64,000 bases of DNA, taken from assembly GCA_964538415.1 (NCBI GenBank), contig CAZIFX010000003.1, forward strand, positions 2,073-66,072, read 5' to 3'. Origin of the DNA: an uncultured Halobellus sp. GTDB taxonomy: Archaea; Halobacteriota; Halobacteria; Halobacteriales; Haloferacaceae. The notes below the pieces were generated by a model, which worked only from the letters and a program-made list of their open reading frames with translations, did not search any database and was not told where the DNA came from. Numbering within the stretch: position 1 is the stretch's first letter; the number at the start of each line of letters is the position of its first letter. Both the position numbers and the translations under genes were made by a program. Of this stretch, positions 36,853-46,956 are shown in pieces.

Positions 36853-38193
36853 ATGACCGATCCATCCGACGGCCGCTCGGGCTGGACGCGGGAGGCGGCC
36901 GGACGGCTCGAACGCACGGACCGGACCGTCTCGCCGGTGATCTATCCGCCGGAGACCGACTCCTTCGACGGCCTACACGTCTGGGACACGTGGCCGCTTC
37001 GGAACCGCGACGGCACGCTCGCGGAGATCGACGACCATCGTGTCCTCTGTGCGTTGACGACGACCGACGAGCTGCTTCCCGGCAAGCGCCACGACGTCGC
37101 CGCGATCCACTACTTCCACTCGACGGACGGGGAGTCGTGGACCCACGGTGGCCCGCTCTTCGACGGCGACGCGCTCGGCTCGCGACAGTGGGCCGGCTCG
37201 ACGATGTACGACGACGGCGACGTCTACGCCTTTTATACCGCCTCCGGCTTCCGCGGCGAGACGGAGTTGACCTACACCCAGCGGATCGCGGGCGCCACGG
37301 GCGGGAAGGTCGTCGTCGACGGGGAGGAGGCCGGCGACGAGGGCGAATCCGGCAACGAGAGCGATTCCGACGGCGGGGACGACCTCTCGATCGAGGGCGA
37401 GTGGGATCACCGGATCCTGCTCGAGCCCGACGGCGACCTATACGAGCGCGAGGACCAGTCGCGCGGGATGACCTACACCTTCCGGGACCCGTGGTTCTTC
37501 GAGGATCCGACCGACGGTGAGACGTACCTCCTCTTCGAGGCCAACACGCCCGTCCCCGAGGGCGCCGACCCCTGTGACGGCGACGCCGTCGCCGCGGAGT
37601 TCAACGGCAGCATCGGCATCGCGCGGTCGCCGACGGGCGACCCGATGGACTGGGAGCTTGAGCCGCCGCTGCTCGACGCCGTCTGCGTCAACCAGGAGCT
37701 CGAGCGACCGCATCTCGTCGTCCGTGACGGCCGGTGCTATCTCTTCGTCTCCAGTCACCAACACACCTTCGCGCCCGGCATCGAGGGCTACGACGCGCTC
37801 TACGGTTTCGTCGCGGACGGGTTGCGGGGCGACTACCGCCCGCTCAACGGCCACGGGATGGTCGCGACGAACCCCGCGAACGCGCCGTTTCAGTCCTACT
37901 CGTGGACCGCATACGACCACGGCAACGAGCTGCTGGTCGTGAGCTTCTTCAACTACTACGACTACGTCGGCGCCACCCTGGACGGCATCGCCGACCTCCC
38001 CGAATCCGAGCAGTTTCGGCGGTTCGGCGGCACCCTCGCGCCGACCCTCCGGATCGACCTCGACGGCGACCGAACCGAGCTGCTCGGCACGTTACGCCAC
38101 GGCGACGTCCCGCTCCCGCGCGAGGCACTCGAGGCGGTCGACCGCGGCGGGCGCCCGCGACGGGCGGGCGGGAGCGGATCGTACCGACGCTGA
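36853..38193 (+). CDS. Glycoside hydrolase family 68 (levansucrase/inulosucrase/beta-fructofuranosidase)
   Basis: VWDTW nucleophile, QWAGS, FRDP, YLLFEAN, QELERP, YSW. Confidence 0.92.
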   Translation: MTDPSDGRSGWTREAAGRLERTDRTVSPVIYPPETDSFDGLHVWDTWPLRNRDGTLAEIDDHRVLCALTTTDELLPGKRHDVAAIHYFHSTDGESWTHGGPLFDGDALGSRQWAGSTMYDDGDVYAFYTASGFRGETELTYTQRIAGATGGKVVVDGEEAGDEGESGNESDSDGGDDLSIEGEWDHRILLEPDGDLYEREDQSRGMTYTFRDPWFFEDPTDGETYLLFEANTPVPEGADPCDGDAVAAEFNGSIGIARSPTGDPMDWELEPPLLDAVCVNQELERPHLVVRDGRCYLFVSSHQHTFAPGIEGYDALYGFVADGLRGDYRPLNGHGMVATNPANAPFQSYSWTAYDHGNELLVVSFFNYYDYVGATLDGIADLPESEQFRRFGGTLAPTLRIDLDGDRTELLGTLRHGDVPLPREALEAVDRGGRPRRAGGSGSYRR

Positions 38194-38215
38194 GCGCGGG
38201 CGGATCAGCGTCGCG

Positions 38216-38995
38216 TCAGAGTCGGTCACGAACCAGCCGTGAGGCCGGGAAGCCGTAGCGCTTCGCGTCGGCAGGATCCCGTGTGGGCTTGAGCGAGCCG
38301 AGGTAGACCGCCTCGACGACGGGCTCGTGGGCGCCGTAGTCGGCGTTCGTGGCGTAGTCGTCGATCGTCCGTTCCTCCTCGGTGCGGTACGCGTCTGCGC
38401 GCGCGTCGGTGACGCCCGTGACGACGAGTCGCTTACCCGTCTCGCGGTCCCGAACCGGCTCGCCGGGATCGAATTCGTGGCGGCCACAGAGCTGCGGGCC
38501 CGTCACGGCGAGCGGGACGAACGTCTCCACGCCACAGACCGCACAGACGCCGACGCGCTCGTCCGGCGCCGGGACGCTCCCCGCGCTCACCTCGATGGCG
38601 ACCCGCCGGAGGTGTTTACATCGCGATCCGCGGATCGCGTGATCGGGACAGGTGCAGGTGCCCGCCTCGAGCGCGACGACGTAGACGCCGCCGTCCGTCT
38701 CGACGACGTACCGCCGGTCGCGAAGCGGCCGAACCGTCATGGGCTCGCTTCGGGCCCGTCGAGTCCGGCCGTCGTCATGGCTCACGTCGTCGACCTTGGC
38801 GTCGTTGCCGGCGTCGTCGTCCCTGTTCTCGTTCGCGTCGACCTTGGCGTCGTTGCCGGCGTCGTCGCTCCGGCGATCGTCGTGGACGACGCGATCGCTC
38901 CCTCCCGCGTCTCCGGCGTGACGGTCCTCGTGGGCGGCGTGGGTGAGATGAGCGGCGTAGGCGGATGACGCGGGCGTGTTTCGTGCGTGCGTCAT
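38216..38995 (-). CDS. SWIM zinc-finger protein
   Basis: CTCPDH...CKH SWIM motif, second CxxC...CxxH; N-terminal acidic repeat DDAGNDAKVD x2. Confidence 0.85.
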   Translation of the reverse strand: MTHARNTPASSAYAAHLTHAAHEDRHAGDAGGSDRVVHDDRRSDDAGNDAKVDANENRDDDAGNDAKVDDVSHDDGRTRRARSEPMTVRPLRDRRYVVETDGGVYVVALEAGTCTCPDHAIRGSRCKHLRRVAIEVSAGSVPAPDERVGVCAVCGVETFVPLAVTGPQLCGRHEFDPGEPVRDRETGKRLVVTGVTDARADAYRTEEERTIDDYATNADYGAHEPVVEAVYLGSLKPTRDPADAKRYGFPASRLVRDRL

Positions 38996-39169
38996 GGTGA
39001 ACCGCGGGGAGGCCCCGCTTCGACCGAAGGGAGGCGCTCGACGTGCTTAAACGTCCGGCGTATTCGCCGTTCTCATCCCGTATCACCCCGCTGACCGGGC
39101 GATATCCCCCGTCGAGTCCACGCCCCGCCCTTCGAAGACCTTTTTAAGCGCCGACGGGAACCCGCCCAC

Positions 39170-39388
39170 ATGGAAATCGACGCGGAGCTTCGTCGGCAGA
39201 TCACCGTCTCCATGCTGGCGGCCGCCGTCTTCGTCGGGGGCCTCGTCGCGATCGGGATGACGTTCGGGGAGCCGGACGGGCTGCCGGAGGAGGGTGCGCT
39301 CGCGCTGCTCGGACTGCTCACCGGGTTCGTCCTGCTGATGGCGCTCGTCGGCGCGTACCTCATTCGTGCGGACGACGACGAGGAGTAA
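39170..39388 (+). CDS. Small 2-TM haloarchaeal protein
   Basis: TTTTTAAG box ~25 nt upstream; two hydrophobic helices. Confidence 0.8.
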   Translation: MEIDAELRRQITVSMLAAAVFVGGLVAIGMTFGEPDGLPEEGALALLGLLTGFVLLMALVGAYLIRADDDEE

Positions 39389-39438
39389 GCGACCCTTTCA
39401 CGAAGGGGTAGTCGAGCGGAGCTTCCGATCGGGTCGAT

Positions 39439-40659
39439 TCACTCGGCCACGTCGGGTGCTCCGGCCTTCCCCTCGTTCTCGTTTTCGCCGGTCTCCCCCT
39501 CGTCTCCCTCCTCCGATCCGGCCCGCGCGTCGTGTCGGTCCCGCCAGTCGGTGACGTCGTCCGCCTCCGCGAGCCGCGTCTCGTAGTACGCGAGCGGATC
39601 GACCGCGACCTGCATGTGCTCGTCCTCGTTGTGGCAGATCCCGTAGTTCGAGAGCGTCTCGCAGGTCGGCGGTGGGTACTGCGTGCCGCGGTCGTCCCGG
39701 AGGTACTCCGTCTGGTACCGGATCCCCTCGGCGTCGAGGCTCGTGTCCGCACAGAAGACGACGACCTCGTCGGGTGTCATGCCGATGCCGACGAGAAACG
39801 CCATCAGCGCGAAGCTCTCGGGCGGCTCCAGCTCGACGCCTCGTTCCGCCTTATCGATCAGATTCCGCATGCAGGGCGCGAACAGCTCGGGGGCGACCAC
39901 GTCGATCGGGCCGGCGTAGCTTCGCTCCGAGAGCAGCCGCTTGAGGTCCTCGACGCCGGACTCCAGGTCCGCCGCGATCCCCTCACCGACCTCCAGCTCG
40001 AAGGGAAGGCCCTCACGCACGCGATCCTCGACGGCGACTTCGAGGGCCCGGAGCAGCTCGTCCCGTGAGATCGGCACCGCTCCCGCCGCCAGTTCGCGGT
40101 TGACGAGCCGCCACGACGGCCCCCACGACGGAGAGGTGAGCCGGAGGTAAGCGCCGACGTCCATGCGGTAGCGGTCGGGGTCGCGGCCACCGCGTGCACC
40201 CCTCCCGGCTCCGCCGGGGCGTGAAGCCGCCGGCCGAACCGCCCCGGCGAGGTCGAACTCCGCGAGGACGTCCTCGAGGTCCACGGTCGGGGTCGCCACC
40301 GACCGGAACTCGTCATCCGACTCGAAGTCGGCCCGGAACCGGTCGACGGCGGTTGCCGCCTCCGCGGCCGCGTACTTGTCGATGGCGGGTTCGGAGTCGA
40401 GCAGGGAGACGAGGATCCGCGCGATCGGGTACGAGAGCAGCTCGGCCTGCACGTCGTAGGCGGAGCCGGATCCCCCGAGCTCGAACGGGCCCGACTCGGA
40501 CTCGACGGTCCCCTCCAACAGCGCCCGCTCGACACGCTCGCGCGCCCGCTCGACGGCGGGCGCGTCGGCCGCGACCAGCTCCGGCAGCGAGACCGACGCC
40601 TCCGCGACCGCGGTGCGGGCGGCCTCGAAGAACGGGTACTTGGCGTGGAGCGCGTCCAT
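39439..40659 (-). CDS. priL: DNA primase large subunit
   Basis: HAKYPFF, ELLSYPIARILVS, APCM, YPPPTCETL...GIC. Confidence 0.92.
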   Translation of the reverse strand: MDALHAKYPFFEAARTAVAEASVSLPELVAADAPAVERARERVERALLEGTVESESGPFELGGSGSAYDVQAELLSYPIARILVSLLDSEPAIDKYAAAEAATAVDRFRADFESDDEFRSVATPTVDLEDVLAEFDLAGAVRPAASRPGGAGRGARGGRDPDRYRMDVGAYLRLTSPSWGPSWRLVNRELAAGAVPISRDELLRALEVAVEDRVREGLPFELEVGEGIAADLESGVEDLKRLLSERSYAGPIDVVAPELFAPCMRNLIDKAERGVELEPPESFALMAFLVGIGMTPDEVVVFCADTSLDAEGIRYQTEYLRDDRGTQYPPPTCETLSNYGICHNEDEHMQVAVDPLAYYETRLAEADDVTDWRDRHDARAGSEEGDEGETGENENEGKAGAPDVAE

Positions 40660-40770
40660 GTCGGCATGAGGTAGTGAGGGATGCCGAATAAGCGGTCCGA
40701 TCGGATCCGCGCACGTCGTCGACGCGGGTCCCCTCACGTCGACGGCGGTCGAGGGCCACCGGGATCCTCG

Positions 40771-41568
40771 TCAGTCCGTCAACCCGTAGCCTCGCCGGAA
40801 GAGCGCGACGTCGATGGCGACGACGACCGCCGTCATCACGGACAGCACCGCAAGCGACAGACGCGGGTCGACCTCGGCGACCCCGAGGAAGCCGTACCGC
40901 ACGCCGTTCACCATGTACACCATCGGGTTGAAAAGCGAGACGTCACGCAGCAGGGGTGTGAGGTCCTCGAGCGAGTAGAAGACCGCGCCGAAGAAGACGA
41001 GCGGCCGGAGGATGAACTGGTTCATCACGGTGAGGTCGTCGAAGTCGTTCGCGAAGAGCCCGCCGACGACGCCGAGGCTCGCGAACAGAAGCGTGATCAC
41101 GAGCAGGAACGCGACGAGGTACAGCGGCTCCTCGAGGGGGACGGGCTGATAGAGCCCGGAGATGATCCCCCAGCCGAGGACGGCGATGAGCGCGCCGACG
41201 AGCAGCCCGCGGGTCGCCGCCGACAGAACGTATGCCCACACCATGCCCGCGTACGACAGCGGCGAGGTGAGCACCTCGTGGATGTACTCGTTCCACCGGC
41301 CGTGGAAGATCGAAAAGGAGGCGTTCTCGAAGCTGTTCGACACCGCACCCAACACGATGAGCCCCGGCAGGATGAAGAGGATGTACGGGACGCCGGTGAT
41401 CGTCCCCACTCGTTCACCGAGGATGACGCCGAACACCGAGAAGTAGAGAACGTTCGTGATGAGCGGCGGCGCGAAGGTGTTCGTCGGCCGTCGCAGGAAG
41501 CGGAGCACCTCCCGCCGCGTGAGCGTCAGGAAGCCGGTGAGATCGAGCATGTCGGCGTCGTTGCTCAT
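40771..41568 (-). CDS. ABC-2 type permease (YadH-like)
   Basis: RREVLRF, FILPGL, FNPMVYMVNGVRYGFLG. Confidence 0.92.
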   Translation of the reverse strand: MSNDADMLDLTGFLTLTRREVLRFLRRPTNTFAPPLITNVLYFSVFGVILGERVGTITGVPYILFILPGLIVLGAVSNSFENASFSIFHGRWNEYIHEVLTSPLSYAGMVWAYVLSAATRGLLVGALIAVLGWGIISGLYQPVPLEEPLYLVAFLLVITLLFASLGVVGGLFANDFDDLTVMNQFILRPLVFFGAVFYSLEDLTPLLRDVSLFNPMVYMVNGVRYGFLGVAEVDPRLSLAVLSVMTAVVVAIDVALFRRGYGLTD

Positions 41569-42650
41569 CGGTCGCCTCCGGGCGTATCCGCGGCGTCGTC
41601 GTCGCGCGTTCCGCGAATCACGTCGGGTTCACCGACGACGTCGCCCCCGTCGGCCACGGCGTCGGCCTCGTTCCGGTCCGTTTCGGTCCCATCGGTCGCG
41701 TCCCCGTCCGCCGGCCCGCCCTCCTCGTGGCGGGTCATCTCGACGAACACCTCCTCCAGGGAGGTCCGTTTGATCTCGAGGTCGAGGATGCCGTAGCCGC
41801 CGTGGTCGAGTTCGCGGACGAGATCGGGCGCGACGAGGCCGCCCTGTCTGGCGGTGACGACGAGGCGGTTTCCGTCGAGCTCGACCGTCTCGACGCGGTC
41901 GTCCGCGTCGACCGCGGGGAGGTCGTGGACGGTGGTCGGCGCGTCGCGCAGCTTCACCACGACGCGGTCGGTACCGCGGTCCATCAGCTCCTCGGGGGAG
42001 GCGACGGTGAGGACGCGGCCCGAATCGAGGATGGCCACCTCGTCACAGAGCCGCTCGGCCTCCTCGATGTAGTGGGTGGTGAGGAGGATGGTCGTCCCCG
42101 ATTCGTTGAGGTCAGTGACCAGCTCCCACAGGTCACGCCGAAGCTGGACGTCGACGCCGGCGGAGGGCTCGTCGAGGATGAGCAGGTCGGGCTCGGTGAC
42201 GAGCGCCCGTGCAAGCATGAACCGGCGCTTCATCCCGCCCGAGAGCCAGTCGAAGCGGGTGTCGCGCTTGTCGTGGATCCCGACCTGTTTTAACGCCCGG
42301 TCCGCACGTTCGGCCGCGACGTCCGCCGGGATGCCGTGGTAGCCGGCCTTGTGCTCCAACACCTCGTGGATGGGGAAAAAGCGGTCGACGTTGAACTCCT
42401 GAGGGGCGAGTCCGATACGATCGCGGGCCTCGCGGTAGTCGTCCTCGACGTGATGGCCGAAGACGCGTGCGTCGCCACCGGAGGCCCTGACGAGCCCGAC
42501 GAGGGTGTTGATGAAGGTCGTCTTGCCGGCCCCGTTCGGGCCGAGCAGCCCGAAGAAGGAACCCTCGGGGACCGTGAGCGACACGCCCCTCAGGGCGTCG
42601 ACGTCGTCGTAGCTCTTCTGAAGGTTCTCCACCTCCAGTGCGTTCGTCAT
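41565..42650 (-). CDS. ABC transporter ATP-binding protein (YadG-like)
   Basis: GPNGAGKT, LSGGM, ILDEP, TTH. Confidence 0.94.
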   Translation of the reverse strand: MTNALEVENLQKSYDDVDALRGVSLTVPEGSFFGLLGPNGAGKTTFINTLVGLVRASGGDARVFGHHVEDDYREARDRIGLAPQEFNVDRFFPIHEVLEHKAGYHGIPADVAAERADRALKQVGIHDKRDTRFDWLSGGMKRRFMLARALVTEPDLLILDEPSAGVDVQLRRDLWELVTDLNESGTTILLTTHYIEEAERLCDEVAILDSGRVLTVASPEELMDRGTDRVVVKLRDAPTTVHDLPAVDADDRVETVELDGNRLVVTARQGGLVAPDLVRELDHGGYGILDLEIKRTSLEEVFVEMTRHEEGGPADGDATDGTETDRNEADAVADGGDVVGEPDVIRGTRDDDAADTPGGDR

Positions 42651-42737
42651 GCGAAAGGCGAGGCCGTCCGCAGTGTTAAACGGCGCGAAGCGGGGGACGT
42701 TCGCCGGAACGCGACGAGAGCAGCTTCGCGGCCGGTC

Positions 42738-43391
42738 CTACTCCTCGACGTCCTCGACCGGCGCGCCCGGCGCGTTCTTCCTCACGCTGTCGAGCCCCTG
42801 TTTCGCCTTCTGCTTCGAGGAGTATCCTTGGCTGCCGTCGGCGATGATGTTTCCGTTGTCGTGGACGAGCCGCCAGCGCCACTTCCCCTCCGCGTCCGCG
42901 AACAGCTCGGCGACGGCGGCGCTGCCTCCCTCCTCGGGCGGCTCCTCCTCCTTCGACTGATCGACGACGTGGGCGCCCGGTGCGTTCTCCTTGACGCTCT
43001 CGAGACCCTGCTTCGCCTTCTGTTTCGAGGCGTAGCCCTCGCTGCCGTCGGAGATGATGTTTCCGTTGCGGTGCCGGAGCCGCCAGCGCCACTTGTCCTC
43101 GGCGTCCTCGTACAGCTCGAAGGTCGCCTTGCTGGTGAGCGCGTCCGTGTCGACGGAGCCCTCCTCCTCGGGCCACTCCATCTCGACGGCCATGCTGACC
43201 GTGCCGTCGTCGTTGCGCTCGACGTCGACCGCCAGATCGGGCTCGGCGCCGGGATCGACCGCCACCGTGCCCGTCTCGTCGACCGGAACCGGCTCGCCAC
43301 GCCGGAGCGCGTCGGAGATCCGTCGGAAGTAGGTCGCGATCGCTTGTCTGCTGCGGGAGCTTTTGGACTCGTGTACGGTTTCTTCGGACAT
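42738..43391 (-). CDS. Amphi-Trp domain + tandem DUF1508 (YegP-like) protein
   Basis: VEMEW amphi-Trp end; two copies of FELxxD..KWRWRL...NGNIIxDGSxGY. Confidence 0.85.
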   Translation of the reverse strand: MSEETVHESKSSRSRQAIATYFRRISDALRRGEPVPVDETGTVAVDPGAEPDLAVDVERNDDGTVSMAVEMEWPEEEGSVDTDALTSKATFELYEDAEDKWRWRLRHRNGNIISDGSEGYASKQKAKQGLESVKENAPGAHVVDQSKEEEPPEEGGSAAVAELFADAEGKWRWRLVHDNGNIIADGSQGYSSKQKAKQGLDSVRKNAPGAPVEDVEE

Positions 43392-43459
43392 ACGCGTTCA
43401 TCGTCGACCGGCCCTCGCATAATTCTACTCCCGACCGACCCGCTCCGTCGGACGGAAAG

Positions 43460-44092
43460 TCACTCGCCCGGCCGCTCAGCGATGATCGTCTCGCCCGCAC
43501 GGACCGCGTCGCCCTCGTGGACGAGCAGGTCCTCGCGGTCGACGTCCGCCGGCAACACCACGTCCGCGCGCGAACCGAAGGAAACGTGACCGACGCGCTC
43601 GCCCCGGTCGAGGACGTCACCGGCCTCGACGGACGGATGGATCCGGCGAGCAAACCAGCCGGCGATGACCAACAGTTCGTACTCGTCACAGTCGATGACG
43701 ACCTGCTCGTTGCGCTCCGACTCCTTTTTAAATGCGGGACGGTTAGCGCCGGGCCGGTGACGGACCTCCCGGACCGTCCCGGAGAGCGGCGCGCGGTTGA
43801 CGTGGACGTCGGTGACGTTCATGAAGACGCCGACCCGGAGCCGATCCCCCTCGGTGCGAATGACCGAGACCGTGCCGTCGGCCGGCGAGACGATTCCCCG
43901 ATCCGGCGTGGCCCGATCGGGATCGCGGTGAAACCAGAGGACGCCGAGCGTCAACGCGACGAGCGCGACGCCGACCGGCGGCAAAAGGGGGAGCGTCACG
44001 GCCGCGGCGAGCCCCGGAACGAGCGCGAGTCGCCACGCCTCGGCGACGACCGGAAACGGGAGCACGTACGAGAGCGGGGGATCGCGTCCCAT
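43460..44092 (-). CDS. psd: Archaetidylserine/phosphatidylserine decarboxylase
   Basis: FHRDP, SPADG, FMNVTDVHVNRAP, ERNE, FGS self-cleavage motif. Confidence 0.9.
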   Translation of the reverse strand: MGRDPPLSYVLPFPVVAEAWRLALVPGLAAAVTLPLLPPVGVALVALTLGVLWFHRDPDRATPDRGIVSPADGTVSVIRTEGDRLRVGVFMNVTDVHVNRAPLSGTVREVRHRPGANRPAFKKESERNEQVVIDCDEYELLVIAGWFARRIHPSVEAGDVLDRGERVGHVSFGSRADVVLPADVDREDLLVHEGDAVRAGETIIAERPGE

Positions 44093-44094
44093 GA

Positions 44095-45141
44095 TCAGGC
44101 CTCCGTCGGGTCGCGGATCGACGCCCGCAGTTCGGTTCGCCCGGCCGCCCACGACGCGAGCAGATGGGTGAGGTGGATCCGGTCGTCGAGTCCCTCCGAG
44201 AGGTCGAGGTCGGCCTCGCCGGCGAGCTTGTGGAGCCGCGCGAGGTCGTCGCCGCCGTATTCCGCACCGGCCCGCGCGACGCGGAGGACCTCCCGCAGCA
44301 GGTCGGGTCCTTCATACCCCGCATCGAGCAGGTCGTCGAGCGTCTTCCGCGCGTCGTTTAACTCCCCCGCCTTGGCGGCCGCCAGCGCCTCGCGGATCGC
44401 GTCGTCGTCGCCGACGCCGCCGAGCGTCTCGTAGGCCGTCGTCATCGTGATCGCGTCGCCCTCGATCGCGGTCGCCTGCGCCGAGAGGATCGCCTCCCGG
44501 AGGTCGCCGCCGGCAGCGCTGGCGACGAACTCCAGCCCGTCGTCGTCGTACTCGACGTCCTCGCGGGCACAGATCGTCTCCAGCACGTCGATCGTCTCGT
44601 CGGTCGTCGGCGCCCGGACCTGCACGGGGAAACAGCGCGAGCGGATCGGCGCGATGAGCTTCGAGGGCTGTCGGGTGGTGAGCACGAACTGGGTCGTGCG
44701 GTGGTGTTTCTCCATCACGCGGCGGAGCGCCTGCTGGAAGTCCTCGCGGATCGCCTCCGCGTTGTCGAGCACGATCGTCTTATACGTGCCCGACATGGGT
44801 GCGTAGGCGGCCGACTCCGTGAGCACGCGGTTTATCATGTCGCGTTTGGCCATTCGGCTTCGGCCGGCGAGGAACCCCTCGAAGCGCGGGTCGGTCCGGA
44901 TCTCCTTTTTCGTCCGGCCGAAGAAGTCGGCGACGTTGATCTCGATCAGGTCGTTTTCGGGGTCGGCGTGTGACTCGCGAGCGAGCGCCCGCGTCGCGGC
45001 GGTCTTGCCGACGCCCGGTGGCCCCTGCACGACGAGGTTCATCGGCTCGTCGACCGCACGCCACAGTCGCTCGCGTGCCTCCGTTTGGCGGATCTCGGAG
45101 AGCGTCGGCGCGTGTGCGTCCGTCCACAGCGGTCCGTCCAT
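44095..45141 (-). CDS. Replication factor C small-subunit paralogue (AAA+)
   Basis: LWTDAHAP, GPPGVGKT, QQALRR, IRSRC, GDLR. Confidence 0.9.
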   Translation of the reverse strand: MDGPLWTDAHAPTLSEIRQTEARERLWRAVDEPMNLVVQGPPGVGKTAATRALARESHADPENDLIEINVADFFGRTKKEIRTDPRFEGFLAGRSRMAKRDMINRVLTESAAYAPMSGTYKTIVLDNAEAIREDFQQALRRVMEKHHRTTQFVLTTRQPSKLIAPIRSRCFPVQVRAPTTDETIDVLETICAREDVEYDDDGLEFVASAAGGDLREAILSAQATAIEGDAITMTTAYETLGGVGDDDAIREALAAAKAGELNDARKTLDDLLDAGYEGPDLLREVLRVARAGAEYGGDDLARLHKLAGEADLDLSEGLDDRIHLTHLLASWAAGRTELRASIRDPTEA

Positions 45142-45208
45142 TACCGACACGTCCGTCCCGAGCGCTCAAGAATCGGTCGGTCCCGGAGTCGGCCACGCTC
45201 GGGACCGA

Positions 45209-45619
45209 TCACTCCCGGATCCGTTCGATCTCCCGACGGACGTTCTCGCGCATGCGATCGGTTACGTCGCCGTCGCGGGGCGCGGGCGCCGCGTCCTCCG
45301 TCTCCAGAAGTCGGTCGAGCTTCCGTTCGAACTCCGCCTCGTCGATCTCGCCGCGGGCGTATCGCTCGCGGAGGGCGTCGAGCGCGGGGTCACCGGTTCG
45401 GCGGCCGTCCTCGCCCCCGTCGTTTTCGGGGACCGGTTTCGCGAGGGTGTGAAACAGGGGGAGGAGGATGAAGAGCCCGAGGAACCAGACGAGCGGCAGC
45501 GTCCACCAGACTCCCGTCACGAAGGGAGCGAGGACGCCGGTGCCGACCACGAGGAGCGCGAAGACACGCCGCCACCGCCGTCGGAGGTTCCAGGCGACGC
45601 GATGGAGGGTCCCGGTCAT
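45209..45619 (-). CDS. SHOCT-domain membrane protein
   Basis: Two TM helices then ALDALRERYARGEIDEAEFE. Confidence 0.85.
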   Translation of the reverse strand: MTGTLHRVAWNLRRRWRRVFALLVVGTGVLAPFVTGVWWTLPLVWFLGLFILLPLFHTLAKPVPENDGGEDGRRTGDPALDALRERYARGEIDEAEFERKLDRLLETEDAAPAPRDGDVTDRMRENVRREIERIRE

Positions 45620-45798
45620 ACGCGAGGGGAGACCGCCGAGCGCCGAAAGGGTTTCGTCGCCCGTCGAAGACCCGGGCCACGGCAGGGAGCCCCGTTGAAA
45701 TCCTCTACGGGCGACGAACCTCACCCGAGTGGTGACACGTGCGGCGTCGAGCCCGTAGGTGCCAACACCTTCTTGGATCCGAGCGGGAACGATGACGT

Positions 45799-46809
45799 GT
45801 GCAAGAGTCAAATCGAGAGTGGGTGCTGGCGAAGCGGCCGGCCGGGGAGCCGGACGCGAGTTGCTTCGAGCTCCGTGAAAGCGAGATCCGGGAGCCACGG
45901 CACGGCGAGCTCCTCGTGCGGGTGCGATACCTTTCGGTCGACCCGTACATGCGGGGCCGGATGCGGGACGCGGAGTCGTACGCGGAACCGTGGGAACTCG
46001 GCGAGCCGATGAACGGAGGCATCGTCGGCGAGGTCGTGGAAAGCGGGAGTGACGCCTACGAGGTCGGCGATCTCGTGACCGGAAACGGCACGTGGGCGGA
46101 CTACAGCCGTCTCGACGCCGGCGACGTCTCATCCGTCAACCTCGACGTCGCCGACCTCCCCGCGTATCTCGGCGTGCTCGGGATGCCCGGTCGGACGGCG
46201 TACTTCGGGTTGCTGGAGGTCGGCGAGCCCAAACCCGGCGAGACCGTCGTGGTGTCGGGTGCCGCCGGTGCGGTCGGCTCCGTCGTCGGCCAGATCGCGA
46301 AGATGAACGGGTGTCGCGTCGTCGGTTTCGCCGGCTCCGACGAGAAGGTCGCGTGGCTCACCGATGACCTCGGCTTCGACGCCGGGATCAACTACAAACG
46401 AACGGACGAGTACCGAGACGCACTGGAGGATGCCGCGCCCGACGGCGTCGACGTCTACTTCGACAACGTCGGAGGGCCCATCACTGACGCGGTGTTTCCG
46501 GCGCTGAACGTGGACGCACGAGTCGCCGTCTGCGGTCAGATCGCTCACTACAACGACGAGGAAGTCCCGACGGGGCCACGAAAGCTCCCGCAGCTCATCG
46601 CACCCCGCGTGACGGTTCAGGGGCTGCTCGTCAGTGATTTCGCGGCTCGATTCGGGAAGGCGAGCGAGCGACTCGGTGCGTGGGTCGCTTCGGGGGATCT
46701 GAGGCACCGCGAGACCGTCGTCGACGGATTGGAGAACGCACCGGACGCGTTCCTCGGGCTGTTCTCGGGCGAGAACGTCGGTAAACAGGTCGTCAACGTC
46801 TCCGGTTAG
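45799..46809 (+). CDS. NADP-dependent oxidoreductase (MDR; CurA/prostaglandin reductase-like)
   Basis: LSVDPYMRGRM, GMPGRTAYFGL, GAAGAVG, YFDNVGG. Confidence 0.93.
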   Translation: MQESNREWVLAKRPAGEPDASCFELRESEIREPRHGELLVRVRYLSVDPYMRGRMRDAESYAEPWELGEPMNGGIVGEVVESGSDAYEVGDLVTGNGTWADYSRLDAGDVSSVNLDVADLPAYLGVLGMPGRTAYFGLLEVGEPKPGETVVVSGAAGAVGSVVGQIAKMNGCRVVGFAGSDEKVAWLTDDLGFDAGINYKRTDEYRDALEDAAPDGVDVYFDNVGGPITDAVFPALNVDARVAVCGQIAHYNDEEVPTGPRKLPQLIAPRVTVQGLLVSDFAARFGKASERLGAWVASGDLRHRETVVDGLENAPDAFLGLFSGENVGKQVVNVSG

Positions 46810-46956
46810 CAACCGACGAGGCGGACGTCGATTCGGCCCGTCACATAGCGTCGGGACGCGGGTCGGACGTGCTTCTCGACTTGACGTCGGCTCGATCAGC
46901 GGCCGGTGATGTCGTTCGAAGAGACGCGCTTCAACGAGGGTGGACGGCGATCCGAG

